Below are positions 40,431 to 51,318 of a stretch of DNA of 64,000 bases, piece after piece. Each line of letters starts with the position of its first letter. The first letter of the stretch is position 1. Source of the stretch: an uncultured Nitrospiraceae bacterium. Lineage in GTDB: Bacteria; Nitrospirota; Thermodesulfovibrionia; Thermodesulfovibrionales; Dissulfurispiraceae. The position numbers and the translations under genes are program-made. The stretch covers positions 96,001 through 160,000 of the forward strand of contig CAVSHF010000005.1 of NCBI GenBank assembly GCA_963727805.1, written 5' to 3'. The notes beneath the pieces were generated by a model. It did not search any database. It was not told the DNA's origin and worked only from the letters and a program-made list of their open reading frames with translations.

Positions 40431-41742
40431 CTTTCACCACATCTGCCAGCTTTTGTTTAACATAGGCCCTGTTGATAATAATAGTCTGGTCTCTCATCTC
40501 CGGCGCATTGAAGGAGACATCCTCGAGCAGCTTTTCGAGCACGGTATGAAGCCTTCTTGCCCCAATGTTCTCGGTCTTTTCGTTGACCGTTGCAGCGATA
40601 CCAGCCAGTTCATCGACTGAGTCCTCTTCAAAAATCAGTCTTACCCCTTCAGTTTCGAGGAGGGCGACATACTGCTTGATGAGGGCGTTATGCGGCTCCG
40701 TAAGGATCCTCACAAAATCGCTCTTCCCAAGAGATTCGAGTTCGACCCTGATCGGAAACCTTCCCTGAAGCTCTGGAATAAGATCCGAAGGCTTTGAGAT
40801 ATGAAATGCACCCGCGGCGATGAAGAGTATGTGTTCAGTCTTGACCACTCCATGTTTTGTCGTGACGGTGGATCCCTCGACAATCGGCAGAAGGTCTCTC
40901 TGAACCCCCTCTCGTGAAACATCCGGGCCTTGGCCATGCCCCCTGCTGGCGATCTTGTCGATTTCATCGACAAAGACAATCCCCGATTGTTCAGTCCTTT
41001 CGATCGCTTCCTTCGTAACCTTCTCCACATCTATTAATTTGTTCGCCTCTTCCTGAGTAAGAAGAGCGAGGGCCTCGGGGACCTTGACTTTCTTTCGCTT
41101 GGACTTCTCGGGCAGAAAGCTCCCCATCATCTCTTTCAGATTGATTTCAAGCTCTTCAAGTGCGACGTTTGAGATTACACCGAAAGGCATCGACTTTTCC
41201 TTCACCTCGATATCGACGTATCGGGAATCGAGTTTGCCCTCCCTCAATTGCACCCTTAGTCTCTCCCGTGTGTCCTTGTAGCTTTCCTTATCTTCGGTCT
41301 CTTCGGCACTCCTTGCCGATTTCGTCATGGGCAAAAGGAGGTCAAGAACACGATCCTCAGCAAGAGTCTTCGCCTTCTCTCGGACCATTGCCATCTGCTC
41401 GTTCTTGACCATATTCATGGCAAGTTCGGTGAGGTCCCTAATGATGGATTCGACATCCCTTCCGACATAGCCGACTTCGGTGAATTTAGAAGCCTCCACT
41501 TTGATAAATGGAGCATTGTCAAGCTTCGCGAGCCGCCGTGCTATTTCGGTCTTGCCTATGCCGGTGCTTCCGATCATGATGATGTTCTTGGGCAGGACTT
41601 CATCTTTAAGGTCAGCAGAGAGCATCTGTCGCCGCCAGCGGTTCCGCATGGCGATGGCAACAGCCTTTTTGGCTCTCTCCTGCCCGATGATATACTTGTC
41701 CAGTTCTTCGACGATTCTTTTGGGAGTTAAGTTATCCATCAA
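40402..41742 (-). CDS. hslU: ATP-dependent protease ATPase subunit
   Basis: [33 protein letters not shown]. Confidence 0.98.
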   Translation of the reverse strand: MMDNLTPKRIVEELDKYIIGQERAKKAVAIAMRNRWRRQMLSADLKDEVLPKNIIMIGSTGIGKTEIARRLAKLDNAPFIKVEASKFTEVGYVGRDVESIIRDLTELAMNMVKNEQMAMVREKAKTLAEDRVLDLLLPMTKSARSAEETEDKESYKDTRERLRVQLREGKLDSRYVDIEVKEKSMPFGVISNVALEELEINLKEMMGSFLPEKSKRKKVKVPEALALLTQEEANKLIDVEKVTKEAIERTEQSGIVFVDEIDKIASRGHGQGPDVSREGVQRDLLPIVEGSTVTTKHGVVKTEHILFIAAGAFHISKPSDLIPELQGRFPIRVELESLGKSDFVRILTEPHNALIKQYVALLETEGVRLIFEEDSVDELAGIAATVNEKTENIGARRLHTVLEKLLEDVSFNAPEMRDQTIIINRAYVKQKLADVVKDEDLSRYIL

Positions 41743-42265
41743 GTTCCTCGAGCGTGATATTTTTATTGGTATAGATACATATGTCCGCAGCTATTTCCAT
41801 GGCCTTGCCGACAATGTCGGTGGCTTTGAGATCCGTACTTTCGATCAGCGCACGCGCTGCGGCCTGGGCGTAGGGACCGCCCGATCCGATGGCAGCAATG
41901 CCACTTTCGGGCTCAATCACATCGCCCGTGCCGGAGAGTATGAGGGTATGTTCTGCATCGGCAACGATGAGGAGCGCTTCGAGTCTTCTCAATATCTTGT
42001 CGGTCCGCCAATCCTTGGCAAGCTCCACCGCGGCCCTGGTAAGGTTTCCTTTATAAGCCTCGAGTTTTGTCTCAAACTTTTCGAAGAGCGTAAAGGCATC
42101 AGCAGTCGCGCCTGCAAAGCCTCCGAGGACTTTGTCATTATACATCCTCCTAATCTTCTTTGCGTTATGCTTTAATACCGTATTACCCAAGGTCACCTGA
42201 CCATCGCTGGCCATCGCTACCTTATTGTCGCGCCTCACACATAAAATCGTCGTACTGTGGAACAT
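41732..42265 (-). CDS. hslV: ATP-dependent protease peptidase subunit
   Basis: [17 protein letters not shown]. Confidence 0.98.
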   Translation of the reverse strand: MFHSTTILCVRRDNKVAMASDGQVTLGNTVLKHNAKKIRRMYNDKVLGGFAGATADAFTLFEKFETKLEAYKGNLTRAAVELAKDWRTDKILRRLEALLIVADAEHTLILSGTGDVIEPESGIAAIGSGGPYAQAAARALIESTDLKATDIVGKAMEIAADICIYTNKNITLEELDG

Positions 42266-43195
42266 CTATTTCTTACCTCCTCGTTCTCCCTCTGAAAAGG
42301 GATGAGCCTTGTCGTATACGTCGATGAGATGCCCTATGTCGAGATGGGTATATTTCTGGGTGGTCGAAAGGGAAGAATGGCCCAGGAGTTCCTGAATGAC
42401 TCTCAGGTCAGCGCCGCCGATGAGGAGGTGCGTCGCGAAGGTGTGCCTAAGCGTATGGGGGCCGATCTGCCCGTCGATGCCCGTAAGCCTCGCGTATTTC
42501 ACTACTATACGCCTTATTTGCCTGTCGGTCAACCGTTCTCCGCTTTTGTTGAGAAAAAGGGCCGCATCACTGTCGGCAATGGCTTTCCTCTTTTTAAACA
42601 ATACCCGCTCTATCAAATATGACTTCAGCGCATCGATCGCTTTACCACCGACCGGTACAATGCGTTCCTTCTTCCCTTTCCCTCTGACCTTCACAAGCCC
42701 TTCCCTGATATTGAGATCGTCAGTATTCAGTCCCGCAACCTCGCTCACTCTGAGGCCACTTGAGTACAGCAGTTCGAGGATGGCCCTATCGCGCACCGGA
42801 AGAAGCCCAATCCCCTCGGGTGCTTTAACAAGTCCAAAGGCGTCATCCACATCGAGAAAAGAAGGAAGATGCTTAGGCACCTTTGGTGACGGTACCAGCT
42901 TCGCGTAGTTGATTTTTACATACCCTTCCTCGTAAAGATACTTGAAAAAAGACCTAAGCGTTGCAAGCTCCCTCGCAACCGATGATTTCGCCTTGCCCGC
43001 TATCATCTGGTTTGAAAGAAATCCCCTGATGTCGACCATCTCGATATCACCAGGATCAGACGGACAATACATCGCAAAATCCTTGAGGTCCTTCGCATAA
43101 GATCTGAGGGTATGTACAGAGACATCCCTCTCAACCTCAAGGTATTTAAGGAATTTCTTTATGTATGGGTCTAACCCGTTACCGGTATCTGGCAT
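42266..43195 (-). CDS. xerC: Tyrosine recombinase XerC
   Basis: GLRVSE, GKGKKER, HTLRH, LGH, TQKY; trmFO-xerC-hslVU context. Confidence 0.92.
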   Translation of the reverse strand: MPDTGNGLDPYIKKFLKYLEVERDVSVHTLRSYAKDLKDFAMYCPSDPGDIEMVDIRGFLSNQMIAGKAKSSVARELATLRSFFKYLYEEGYVKINYAKLVPSPKVPKHLPSFLDVDDAFGLVKAPEGIGLLPVRDRAILELLYSSGLRVSEVAGLNTDDLNIREGLVKVRGKGKKERIVPVGGKAIDALKSYLIERVLFKKRKAIADSDAALFLNKSGERLTDRQIRRIVVKYARLTGIDGQIGPHTLRHTFATHLLIGGADLRVIQELLGHSSLSTTQKYTHLDIGHLIDVYDKAHPFSEGERGGKK

Positions 43196-43235
43196 GTCAC
43201 CTCTTTTTTAAAGCCAGGGAACACCGCCCCTGCGA

Positions 43236-44591
43236 TCATCCTCCGAAATTATACTCTCTTTTGAGCATCTGAATATACTCTGTCCAGTTTTTCAGCGCGG
43301 TCTCAGCGATTTTTTGTCTACGCAGTTTTTTATCCCTGACACGGGGCGTTCCATCATCTGCAGGTAAAAGTCCAAAGTTTATATTGCTCGGCACGAAATG
43401 ATTTGGGTCCGATTCGGTGAGATGAGCCAGAAGAGAACCGTGGGCCGATGAGCGTGGAGGGGGCGGAAAGTCCTTTCCGACTGACCTCAAAGCAGCGCTC
43501 GTTCCAGCGAGAAGCCCGATGGCCGTTGACTCAATATATCCTTCCACGCCTGTAATCTGTCCCGCAAAATAAAGCGATGGGGCTTCCTTAAGAGACATGT
43601 CCCAGTTGAGATGCCGCGGTGAATTTATATAGGTATTGCGATGAATGCTGCCGAACCTGAAAAACTCAGCATGCTCAAGTCCCGGGATGAGACGAAACAC
43701 CCTCTTTTGCTCAGGCCATTTCAGCCTTGTCTGGAAACCCACCATGTTATAGGCCGTCTGTTCCCTGTTTTCAAGTCGCAACTGGACAACCGCATAGGGA
43801 ATTTTGCCAGTCGCCGGAGTCGGAAGCCCTACGGGCTTAAGTGGGCCGAACCTAAGTGTGTCCTTTCCCCGAAGGGCCATCACCTCCACAGGCATGCATC
43901 CCTCGAATACCTTAGCGTCCTCGAAGTCCCTCGCAGTAACGGAATCAGCCTCCAGCAATGCCTCGAAAAAGGCCTCATACTCCTCTCTATTCATAGGACA
44001 ATTAACGTAGTCCTCTCCGCCCTTGCCGTACCGCGACATGCGATATACTTTGGCTTCGTCGATGCTCTCCGCGTCGATAATCGGGGCGATGGCGTCATAG
44101 AAATGCAGGTGCTCCTCTCCGACGACCGCCTTGATAGCATTGGCCATGGGACCTGAGGTGAGAGGACCTGTTGCAACAATGGTAATCGGGCCTGCCGGAC
44201 TTGACAGTTCTAAGGGGAAAGAGATCACTTCTCCCCTGACAATCTCGATGAGAGGATGTTTTTCGATAGCATCGGTCATATATGCTGAAAAGAGCCCGCG
44301 ATCGACTGCTAGAGCAGATCCTGCGGCGACTCGGGAACTATATGCTGCCTCCATGACCAGCGAGTCCGCGATTTCGAGCTCTCTCTTCAGCAATCCAGGT
44401 CCGGTAGATAATTCCCACGATCGTAACGAATTGGAACAGACGAGTTCAGCAAACCCGGCCGTTTTATGGGCCTCAGTCATCTTGACCGGTCTCATTTCAT
44501 GAAGCCTGACTTTTACCCCAAGCCGTGTTGCCTGCCAGGCCGCCTCGCACCCCGCAAGCCCGCCACCGATAATGGTAATTTCTTTCGTCAT
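43236..44591 (-). CDS. trmFO: Folate/FAD-dependent tRNA m5U54 methyltransferase
   Basis: GGGLAGCEAA, ELVCSNS, FEGCMP, HRNTY, GVEGY. Confidence 0.97.
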   Translation of the reverse strand: MTKEITIIGGGLAGCEAAWQATRLGVKVRLHEMRPVKMTEAHKTAGFAELVCSNSLRSWELSTGPGLLKRELEIADSLVMEAAYSSRVAAGSALAVDRGLFSAYMTDAIEKHPLIEIVRGEVISFPLELSSPAGPITIVATGPLTSGPMANAIKAVVGEEHLHFYDAIAPIIDAESIDEAKVYRMSRYGKGGEDYVNCPMNREEYEAFFEALLEADSVTARDFEDAKVFEGCMPVEVMALRGKDTLRFGPLKPVGLPTPATGKIPYAVVQLRLENREQTAYNMVGFQTRLKWPEQKRVFRLIPGLEHAEFFRFGSIHRNTYINSPRHLNWDMSLKEAPSLYFAGQITGVEGYIESTAIGLLAGTSAALRSVGKDFPPPPRSSAHGSLLAHLTESDPNHFVPSNINFGLLPADDGTPRVRDKKLRRQKIAETALKNWTEYIQMLKREYNFGG

Positions 44592-44688
44592 GCCTTATTG
44601 ATGGCCTTTCTTGAAAAAGAGGGAAGCTCTCCTTTTTCGTCATTGATAATTGACAGCGTCGATAGACTATTGGTATAAATAATAACTT

Positions 44689-45603
44689 ATGGACAACAAA
44701 ACTGAAAAGATTTGGATGGACGGCAAGCTGGTTCCCTGGGACAAAGCAAGCGTCCACGTGCTGACGCATACCCTGCATTACGGCCTCGGGGCCTTTGAGG
44801 GTATCCGTTGTTATAATACCCTGAAGGGTCCGGCCATCTTCCGACTTGACGAGCATGTGTCTCGTCTTTTCCAGACTGCTCACATCTTTCTCATAGATAT
44901 CCCCTATTCGCAGGAAGAAATCAGAAACGCCATTATCAAGACTGTGAAGGTGAACAAGCTTAAAGAGTGTTATATTCGGCCGCTTGTATATATCGGCTAT
45001 GGCGCAATGGGGCTCTATCCGAACGACAATCCAATTAAAGTTTCTATCGCCGCATGGCCGTGGGGCGCCTATCTCGGAGAGGAAGGACTCGAAAAAGGCA
45101 TAAGTGTGAGGGTTTCGTCCTTCATCCGGCATCACGTCAATTCAAATATGTCACGCGGCAAGGTCTGCGGCTACTATGTGACTTCTCAACTCTCCAAGAA
45201 AGAAGCAATCTCGGGAGGTTTCGACGAAGGCTTGCTCCTCGATACCGAAGGCTATGTCTCAGAAGGCAGCGGTGAAAATATTTTTATCGTACGCAACGGA
45301 GCGATAAAAACAACCCCTCTCACTTCCATTCTCGAAGGCATCACCAGAGACAGCATTCTCGCCCTTGCGCGAGATTTTGGCATCCCTACTGAAGAGCAGC
45401 GCTTCACCCGCGATGAAATATATATCTGCGATGAAGCCTTCTTCACCGGCACTGCGGCAGAAGTGACGCCTATTCGTGAACTCGACAATCGCATGATCGG
45501 TAAAGGCACTGCAGGTCCTATCACAAAAAAACTTCAGGCTGCATTCTTCGATATCGTCAAAGGGAATAACAAGAAATTTGAATCCTGGCTCACTTACGTT
45601 TAA
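44689..45603 (+). CDS. ilvE: Branched-chain amino acid aminotransferase
   Basis: LHYG..FEGIR, EGSGEN, LEGITR, TGTAAE. Confidence 0.96.
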   Translation: MDNKTEKIWMDGKLVPWDKASVHVLTHTLHYGLGAFEGIRCYNTLKGPAIFRLDEHVSRLFQTAHIFLIDIPYSQEEIRNAIIKTVKVNKLKECYIRPLVYIGYGAMGLYPNDNPIKVSIAAWPWGAYLGEEGLEKGISVRVSSFIRHHVNSNMSRGKVCGYYVTSQLSKKEAISGGFDEGLLLDTEGYVSEGSGENIFIVRNGAIKTTPLTSILEGITRDSILALARDFGIPTEEQRFTRDEIYICDEAFFTGTAAEVTPIRELDNRMIGKGTAGPITKKLQAAFFDIVKGNNKKFESWLTYV

Positions 45604-45623
45604 GCTCCTTTAATTCAGCCATT

Positions 45624-45667
45624 AAAAAAAGGGGTGAACGATCTGATTCGCTCACCCCTTATCTTTT
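45624..45667. terminator. Bidirectional intrinsic terminator
   Basis: A-run, GGGGTGAACG...CGCTCACCCC stem, T-rich tail, between convergent genes. Confidence 0.8.
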
Positions 45668-45678
45668 GTATATAGAGT

Positions 45679-45936
45679 CTACTTCAGTTTCAGCGCTGCT
45701 GCTGCGCCCTTCAGGTCTTCGTCGGTAAGCGGTTTGTGCATACCCTTCTTCGGACCGTCCCTCAAAGTCTTTGTGAGATCGGCGGCCGTGACAACCTTCG
45801 CCCTCTCTATCATTTTGTCCACGGTCTTGTCGCCCTTGTGGCATTTCTCACACTTCTCAATACCTGCCGCAAAACCAAAAGAAGCAAGACCCAGAACAAA
45901 AATCACTGCTACAACTATGGTTACTATCTTCTTCAT
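45679..45936 (-). CDS. Small periplasmic monoheme c-type cytochrome
   Basis: Signal peptide, CEKCH heme motif, AGGAGG RBS. Confidence 0.8.
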   Translation of the reverse strand: MKKIVTIVVAVIFVLGLASFGFAAGIEKCEKCHKGDKTVDKMIERAKVVTAADLTKTLRDGPKKGMHKPLTDEDLKGAAAALKLK

Positions 45937-46019
45937 CCTTTTCACCTCCTTTCAGAATCAGAATTTTTAGCAGATGTTTGACTCTGCGTTTATTAATATT
46001 ATTCTGTTATTAATGTTAT

Positions 46020-46035
46020 AGCAACTATCGTACCA
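46020..46035 (-). promoter_or_regulatory. Putative sigma54 promoter of the cytochrome gene
   Basis: TGGTAC-GATAG-TTGCT fits the -24/-12 consensus TGGCAC-N5-TTGC. Confidence 0.6.
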
Positions 46036-46126
46036 ATAATTTAACCATATTATTCATAGTTTTTGCTACTAAAGCTTTTCTAAGTATCCTCTTTTGCGGA
46101 ATTTTCTCCCCATTTAAGAAAGGGAT

Positions 46127-47590
46127 TTATTTACTTAGTTTCTGCTTCAGTAAATCATTGAGCACCTTTGGATTGGCCTTACCCTTAGTCGCTTTCATAA
46201 CCTGCCCGACAAAAAATCCGATCAATTTTTCATCACCGGATTTAAAACGTTCTACCTCTTCAGGATGCTTCGTGATGACTTCATCGACTGCCCTTTGAAT
46301 CTCACCCGTATCACTGATCTGAACAAGTCCTTTTTCCCTCACGATCTCGCCAGCATTTTTGCCGGTCCGGTACATTTCATCAAAAACCATCTTGGCGATC
46401 TTACCGCTTATCGTACCATCTTCAATCAGTTTAAGCATTCCAGCCATCTGCTCAGGCTTAATGAGTATTTCGTCGATTGATTTATTCTCTTCGTTGAGCA
46501 TCCTCATTAGTTCGCCCATCATCCAGTTTGAGACTATCTTAGGATGGCCGCCCGATTGAACAGCCTTTTCGAACCAGTCAGCAACTGCCTTTTCAGAAGT
46601 AATAAGTTCCGCGTCATACTCGGGAAGATTGTGCTGTCCGATAAAACGATTCCTTTTTTCGTCGGGCAATTCCGGCAGCATTGATTTTATTTCATCGATC
46701 CATTGCTGTCCTACTAGGACGGGTGGGAGGTCCGGATCCGGGAAATAGCGGTAATCATGGGCTTCCTCTTTTGAGCGCATGGATTGCGTTATGCCGGCGG
46801 CGGAATCCCAGAGTCTCGTTTCCTGCATAATCTTTCCGCCATCTTCGACAATCCTGGTCTGCCTTTTGATCTCGTATTCAAGGGCCTTTTCGACGAACTT
46901 GAACGAGTTGATATTCTTGAGCTCGGTCCTTGTTCCGAATTCCTCTTGTCCGACGGGCCTGATGGAAATATTGGCGTCACACCGAAGGGAACCCTGTTCC
47001 ATATTACCGTCACAGACCCCGAGATACCTCAGGATGGCCCGCAGCTTTTTCATGTATTCTGCTGCCTCCTTAGGGCTCCTGAGATCAGGTTCCGAGACTA
47101 TCTCCATCAAGGGGATCCCGGTCCGGTTCAGGTCGACAAAACTGTAATCGCCCCGGCCCTCATGAATATTTTTCCCGGCATCCTCTTCCATATGTATCCT
47201 GGTAATACCGATTCTTCTGACTTCGTTATCCACGAGGATCTCGACAAAGCCGCCTTCGCAAAGAGGTAACTCGTACTGACTTATCTGATAATTCTTCGGA
47301 AGGTCGGGATAGAAATAATTCTTCCGCGCAAATCTGCTGTATGAAGCGATTCTACAATTCATCGCCAGTCCTGTCCTGATCGCATACTCGATCGCCTTTC
47401 TGTTCATAACCGGCAGGACACCCGGCATACCGATACAGACCTGGCAGGTTTGTGTGTTCGGCTCGGAGCCAAACTTCGTCGAACACCGGCAGAACATCTT
47501 CGTCTCGGTGAGTAATTGGGCATGGACCTCCAGCCCGATGACTACTTCATATTTCTGAGTTATCTCACTTGTGTCCACCCCGCTGTTCAT
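46127..47590 (-). CDS. gatB: Asp/Glu-tRNA amidotransferase subunit B
   Basis: [30 protein letters not shown]. Confidence 0.98.
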   Translation of the reverse strand: MNSGVDTSEITQKYEVVIGLEVHAQLLTETKMFCRCSTKFGSEPNTQTCQVCIGMPGVLPVMNRKAIEYAIRTGLAMNCRIASYSRFARKNYFYPDLPKNYQISQYELPLCEGGFVEILVDNEVRRIGITRIHMEEDAGKNIHEGRGDYSFVDLNRTGIPLMEIVSEPDLRSPKEAAEYMKKLRAILRYLGVCDGNMEQGSLRCDANISIRPVGQEEFGTRTELKNINSFKFVEKALEYEIKRQTRIVEDGGKIMQETRLWDSAAGITQSMRSKEEAHDYRYFPDPDLPPVLVGQQWIDEIKSMLPELPDEKRNRFIGQHNLPEYDAELITSEKAVADWFEKAVQSGGHPKIVSNWMMGELMRMLNEENKSIDEILIKPEQMAGMLKLIEDGTISGKIAKMVFDEMYRTGKNAGEIVREKGLVQISDTGEIQRAVDEVITKHPEEVERFKSGDEKLIGFFVGQVMKATKGKANPKVLNDLLKQKLSK

Positions 47591-49041
47591 AGGGAAGGTC
47601 TCCTCAAGTGCCATTCGGTGCTCTGCTCGTAGGCATATGCCGTTCTCAGGACCGTCTCTTCATCGAAATACTTTCCTATGATCTGGAGCCCAACAGGCAG
47701 ATTGTCCTTCGTGAATCCGCAGGGGACCGAAATGCCGGGCGCCCCAGCGAGGTTCACCGAGATGGTAAAGATATCGGAAAGGTACATCTGGAGTGGATCC
47801 GTCGCCTTTTCCCCAATTTTGAAAGCAGGCGTCGGAGAAGTCGGTGTGACAATCACATCGACCTCTTTAAATGCGTTATCAAAATCACGCCTTATCAGCG
47901 TTCTCACCTGCTGGGCTTTTTTGTAGTAGGCGTCATAATATCCCGAAGAAAGGGCATAGGTGCCTAGCATGATCCGCCTTTTGACCTCTGACCCGAACCC
48001 CTTTGCCCTCGTGTTCATGTACATCTCGATGAGATCCTTTCCTGATTCCCTGAAGCCATACTTCACTCCGTCATAGCGGCCAAGATTAGACGATGCTTCC
48101 GAGGTGGCGAGAATATAATAAGTGGCTATTGCGTAGGCTGTGTGAGGGAGCGACACTTCTATGGCTGTACCGCCGAGGGTTTCTATTTTCCTAATGGCCA
48201 CGTTCACAGCTTCTTGGACATCCTTATCAATGCCTTTAATAAAGAATTCCTTCGGAATGCCGATGCGAAGGCCTTTGATGTCTTTGCCCAAAGCGCCCGC
48301 ATAATCGGGAGTAGCGACGGGTGCCGATGTCGAGTCTAGAGGATCGTGCCCTGCAATAACCGTAAGCATTGCAGCGGCATCCGAGACATTCTTAGTGATC
48401 GGCCCGATCTGGTCGAGAGAGGACGCAAAGGCAACTAGCCCGTATCTCGATACGCGACCATAAGTCGGTTTCAGCCCAACAACCCCGCAAAGCGACGCCG
48501 GCTGTCTTATCGAGCCTCCGGTGTCGGAACCTATAGCCGCGATGCATTCACCTGCAGCCACTGCAGCCGCAGACCCCCCGCTGCTGCCGCCGGGCACGCA
48601 AAGGGGATTCCAAGGGTTTCGAGAAGTATGAAAGCCAGAGTTCTCGGTGGAAGAACCCATGGCGAATTCATCAAGGTTCGTCTTGCCGACGAGGCAGTAT
48701 TTCTGATCTTTCAGTTTGCCAGTAACCGTACTTTCATACGGAGGAACAAAATTATTGAGAATCCTCGACGCACACGTAGTCAGAATTCCTTTGGTGCACA
48801 TATTGTCTTTCACGGCAACAGGAATGCCGGTAAGAAGCGACATTCGGTTTGAAATAATAGCATCCTGGGCCTCTTTAGCCATTTGGCATGCCTCATCCTT
48901 TGTGATGGTTATAAAGGCTTTGACCGTATCTTCGACAGCAGCAATTCGTCTATAGACATCGTCAAGGACTTCCCTAGCGGTAACATCCCGGTTGTCGAGC
49001 AGACGCCTCAATTCCAGGATGGTCATCTCATTGAGTTTCAA
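47587..49041 (-). CDS. gatA: Asp/Glu-tRNA amidotransferase subunit A
   Basis: [20 protein letters not shown] amidase signature. Confidence 0.98.
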   Translation of the reverse strand: MKLNEMTILELRRLLDNRDVTAREVLDDVYRRIAAVEDTVKAFITITKDEACQMAKEAQDAIISNRMSLLTGIPVAVKDNMCTKGILTTCASRILNNFVPPYESTVTGKLKDQKYCLVGKTNLDEFAMGSSTENSGFHTSRNPWNPLCVPGGSSGGSAAAVAAGECIAAIGSDTGGSIRQPASLCGVVGLKPTYGRVSRYGLVAFASSLDQIGPITKNVSDAAAMLTVIAGHDPLDSTSAPVATPDYAGALGKDIKGLRIGIPKEFFIKGIDKDVQEAVNVAIRKIETLGGTAIEVSLPHTAYAIATYYILATSEASSNLGRYDGVKYGFRESGKDLIEMYMNTRAKGFGSEVKRRIMLGTYALSSGYYDAYYKKAQQVRTLIRRDFDNAFKEVDVIVTPTSPTPAFKIGEKATDPLQMYLSDIFTISVNLAGAPGISVPCGFTKDNLPVGLQIIGKYFDEETVLRTAYAYEQSTEWHLRRPSL

Positions 49042-49355
49042 GCAGTCCTCCTGATGTGAATATAATTACCGTCTTTCTCAAATTGAAATTTTATCACTCT
49101 GCTATACTATTTGTAAATAACGTACCTTATAAATCAATGGGTTACAAATGGCATTTTAAGCCTCAAAACGGGGTTAATTGATTGTTCTATAAGGACAATG
49201 GTGCAACTGTCACCAGATAAGAAAAATACTGGGTTGCGGGGCATAGAAAAAAAGTTCATCTACTGCACAATTAGTGGAATATGTTGAAACACATTTTGAA
49301 GGCGACGTATGTCATTAGAGAACAAGAGAGAAAACGGAGAGCCTATAAGAAAAAA

Positions 49356-49384
49356 AATGGCATTCAAGAGGTCGACGGTTCGAT
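49356..49384 (+). pseudogene. tRNA-Ala(GGC) fragment (anticodon loop to T-loop)
   Basis: AATGGCATTCAAGAGGTCGACGGTTCGAT; 5' half and acceptor end absent. Confidence 0.65.
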
Positions 49385-49413
49385 AGTTAGTACAAAAAAA
49401 GCATACCTCAATG

Positions 49414-49698
49414 CTACCTGATGATACTGAGACCCGCCTTATTGTCTTCGACCCAGACCACTTTTGCCTCTACGGAGGGGCGAATAATGTTCACTGTATT
49501 ACCCGTAGCGAGCGGAACACTCGTAACAACGCTTAAGCCGCTTTCGCTCATATCGACTATTTCGCAGCTCCAGGTGTTTCCCTTAGGATCGGTAAATTCG
49601 GTCACTACGGCGCATCTGCGTCTCGACCTATGTCTTTTCTCGCAATGGGAGTTTGCCGGTTGCTTATTGAAAAAGCGTCTCCACATTGCCATAATCAA
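49414..49698 (-). CDS. Stand-alone PilZ domain protein
   Basis: RHRSR (RxxxR), DMSESG (DxSxxG), VVW. Confidence 0.85.
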   Translation of the reverse strand: MIMAMWRRFFNKQPANSHCEKRHRSRRRCAVVTEFTDPKGNTWSCEIVDMSESGLSVVTSVPLATGNTVNIIRPSVEAKVVWVEDNKAGLSIIR

Positions 49699-50229
49699 AT
49701 CCTAGCATATTTTGCGCCAAAAATACATACTAAGCATGAAATTTATTAATTTGGTGATAACGATCGATAGCGTCAAATATCTCGTCAGCATGCTTTTCTT
49801 GTAATCTTCCAGTCTGGAGAGATCTCAAAATCCGGCTTTAACTCGACTGTAACTGACCTCGAAGTCAGAGCGTTGGAGCACTTTTTTAATTTAGCGACGA
49901 AGACGAAGAAATATGATTTGGAAGAATGTTATAAGAAGTGATGCAGCGCTGAAGTGGACGGCTTCAATAAATGCCTCTGCCGCCATTTCATTATTATGTC
50001 TTATTATCGGGAGTAAATCCTCACGCTTTCTGTGATCGTTATCACCGAATCAATAGATTCCTCACCTTTAGGTCTTTGCAGACGTAAATATGGGATTGAT
50101 TTCAACTATAATTTAGGTATAGAAAAGTCATGGATTGCGATCAAGATGCTTATTTTTATCTCTTCTGTTGATCGCATTATGGCACAGTAATCACTCTCTG
50201 CAGTTAAGGAATAAAAGCTTATAAAAAAG

Positions 50230-50532
50230 GTGAGCATCATGTTTAGAAAATACATCAACAGGCGTAAGGATGCCCGTGTTCATACTCAAAAGGCAACGGA
50301 GTTTGTCTTTTGCAAACGCAGATTCGGTGCTATAATGCTTGACACATCAGCATCCGGTATGAAATTATCCTGCGACATACAACTAGGGGTTGGTTCGATT
50401 ATTCATCTGCCTCACCGCTCAGTTTTCGGAAAAATTGTCTGGCGAGACGGTAAGAAAAATTCTATGGGCATCAAGTTTGTAAAAAATACTCCGGTGCGGA
50501 ACGATTTGCCTCTTATCGTTGGGGGGGAGTGA
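50230..50532 (+). CDS. Stand-alone PilZ domain protein
   Basis: RRKDAR, DTSASG, IVW, GIKF. Confidence 0.85.
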   Translation: MSIMFRKYINRRKDARVHTQKATEFVFCKRRFGAIMLDTSASGMKLSCDIQLGVGSIIHLPHRSVFGKIVWRDGKKNSMGIKFVKNTPVRNDLPLIVGGE

Positions 50533-50534
50533 AC

Positions 50535-50852
50535 ATGAGCAGCAAAAAACGCATATCGGAAGAAAAGAAAAAACCTAACTCTCGTCAGTCGGTTGTCAAA
50601 AAAGAGCGACGCGAAACGCCGCGTGGCGAGCCTCAAAGTCCAACTGAAGCCCAGTTCGACTACAGCGGGAATAAGTACGCTGACCGCATTCTCGAGGTGT
50701 CGCCCGGTGGGTGCAAAATAACAACTGATGCCCCGCTTAGGGTAGGTGATGTCATCAAGTTCAAAGCGCCGGCCGCAATAAGTGGGCGCGTAGTCTGGAG
50801 CCGGATGGGTTCTTTCGGAATCGAGTTCATCGATGAGACCGCGACAGCATAG
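50535..50852 (+). CDS. Stand-alone PilZ domain protein
   Basis: RRETPR, EVSPGG, VVW, GIEF. Confidence 0.82.
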   Translation: MSSKKRISEEKKKPNSRQSVVKKERRETPRGEPQSPTEAQFDYSGNKYADRILEVSPGGCKITTDAPLRVGDVIKFKAPAAISGRVVWSRMGSFGIEFIDETATA

Positions 50853-50865
50853 AGAAATGAGATAA

Positions 50866-50914
50866 TGCCTTGACACGTTAGAGGTCAGGGGTCGGATCCC
50901 CCCATCGCCTACCA
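50866..50914 (+). pseudogene. tRNA-Val(GAC) 3' half, degenerate
   Basis: CCTTGACACGTTAGAGGTCAGGGGTCGGATCCCCCCATCGCCTACCA: anticodon loop, T arm, acceptor strand and CCA; no 5' half. Confidence 0.7.
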
Positions 50915-51318
50915 TTCAAACCCTTAACTATCGATGATGTTCAGAAAGTCGGCGCTGTCACAATGCTTCGGCTTTTTCTTTTGAATTACAACCCTATCCT
51001 ACGGTGATATGCGGTTTTGCGGGGTACGTCAGAAAAGTTCACCTTCGGTTCACCATGGGGTCGTCACCTCAGCCGTCCATAGTCCTAAAATATATTGATA
51101 ATTCCTTTACAGAGGAGCAATATATCTTTAACTGAAGGATAATGCGCAAGTTGAGTCTCAAGGCAATTGGTAAAGTTCAAATGACTCTTCGCATACCTGA
51201 AAATCTAATCAAAAAAAACTAACTCTGTCACCAGACTGTCACTGGAAGAAAATCAGCTCTTAAATTATCCCAATAAAACAACATGATATAAGGTTATGTG
51301 ATATACTATTTGTAAATT

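Larger units (their letters stand above)
49103..51317. mobile_element. Integrase-less mini-island bounded by 16-bp direct repeats
   Basis: TATACTATTTGTAAAT at 49103-49118 and 51302-51317; internal CTGTCACCAGA repeats; tRNA fragments. Confidence 0.7.

Noticed and set aside
42266..43195. xerC as the integrase of a mobile element
   Set aside because: Sits in the conserved housekeeping trmFO-xerC-hslV-hslU arrangement with no att sites
49110..49137. Chromosomal dif site
   Set aside because: Has ATAA-N6-TTAT geometry, but the arms do not match XerC/XerD consensus; treated as part of the island end
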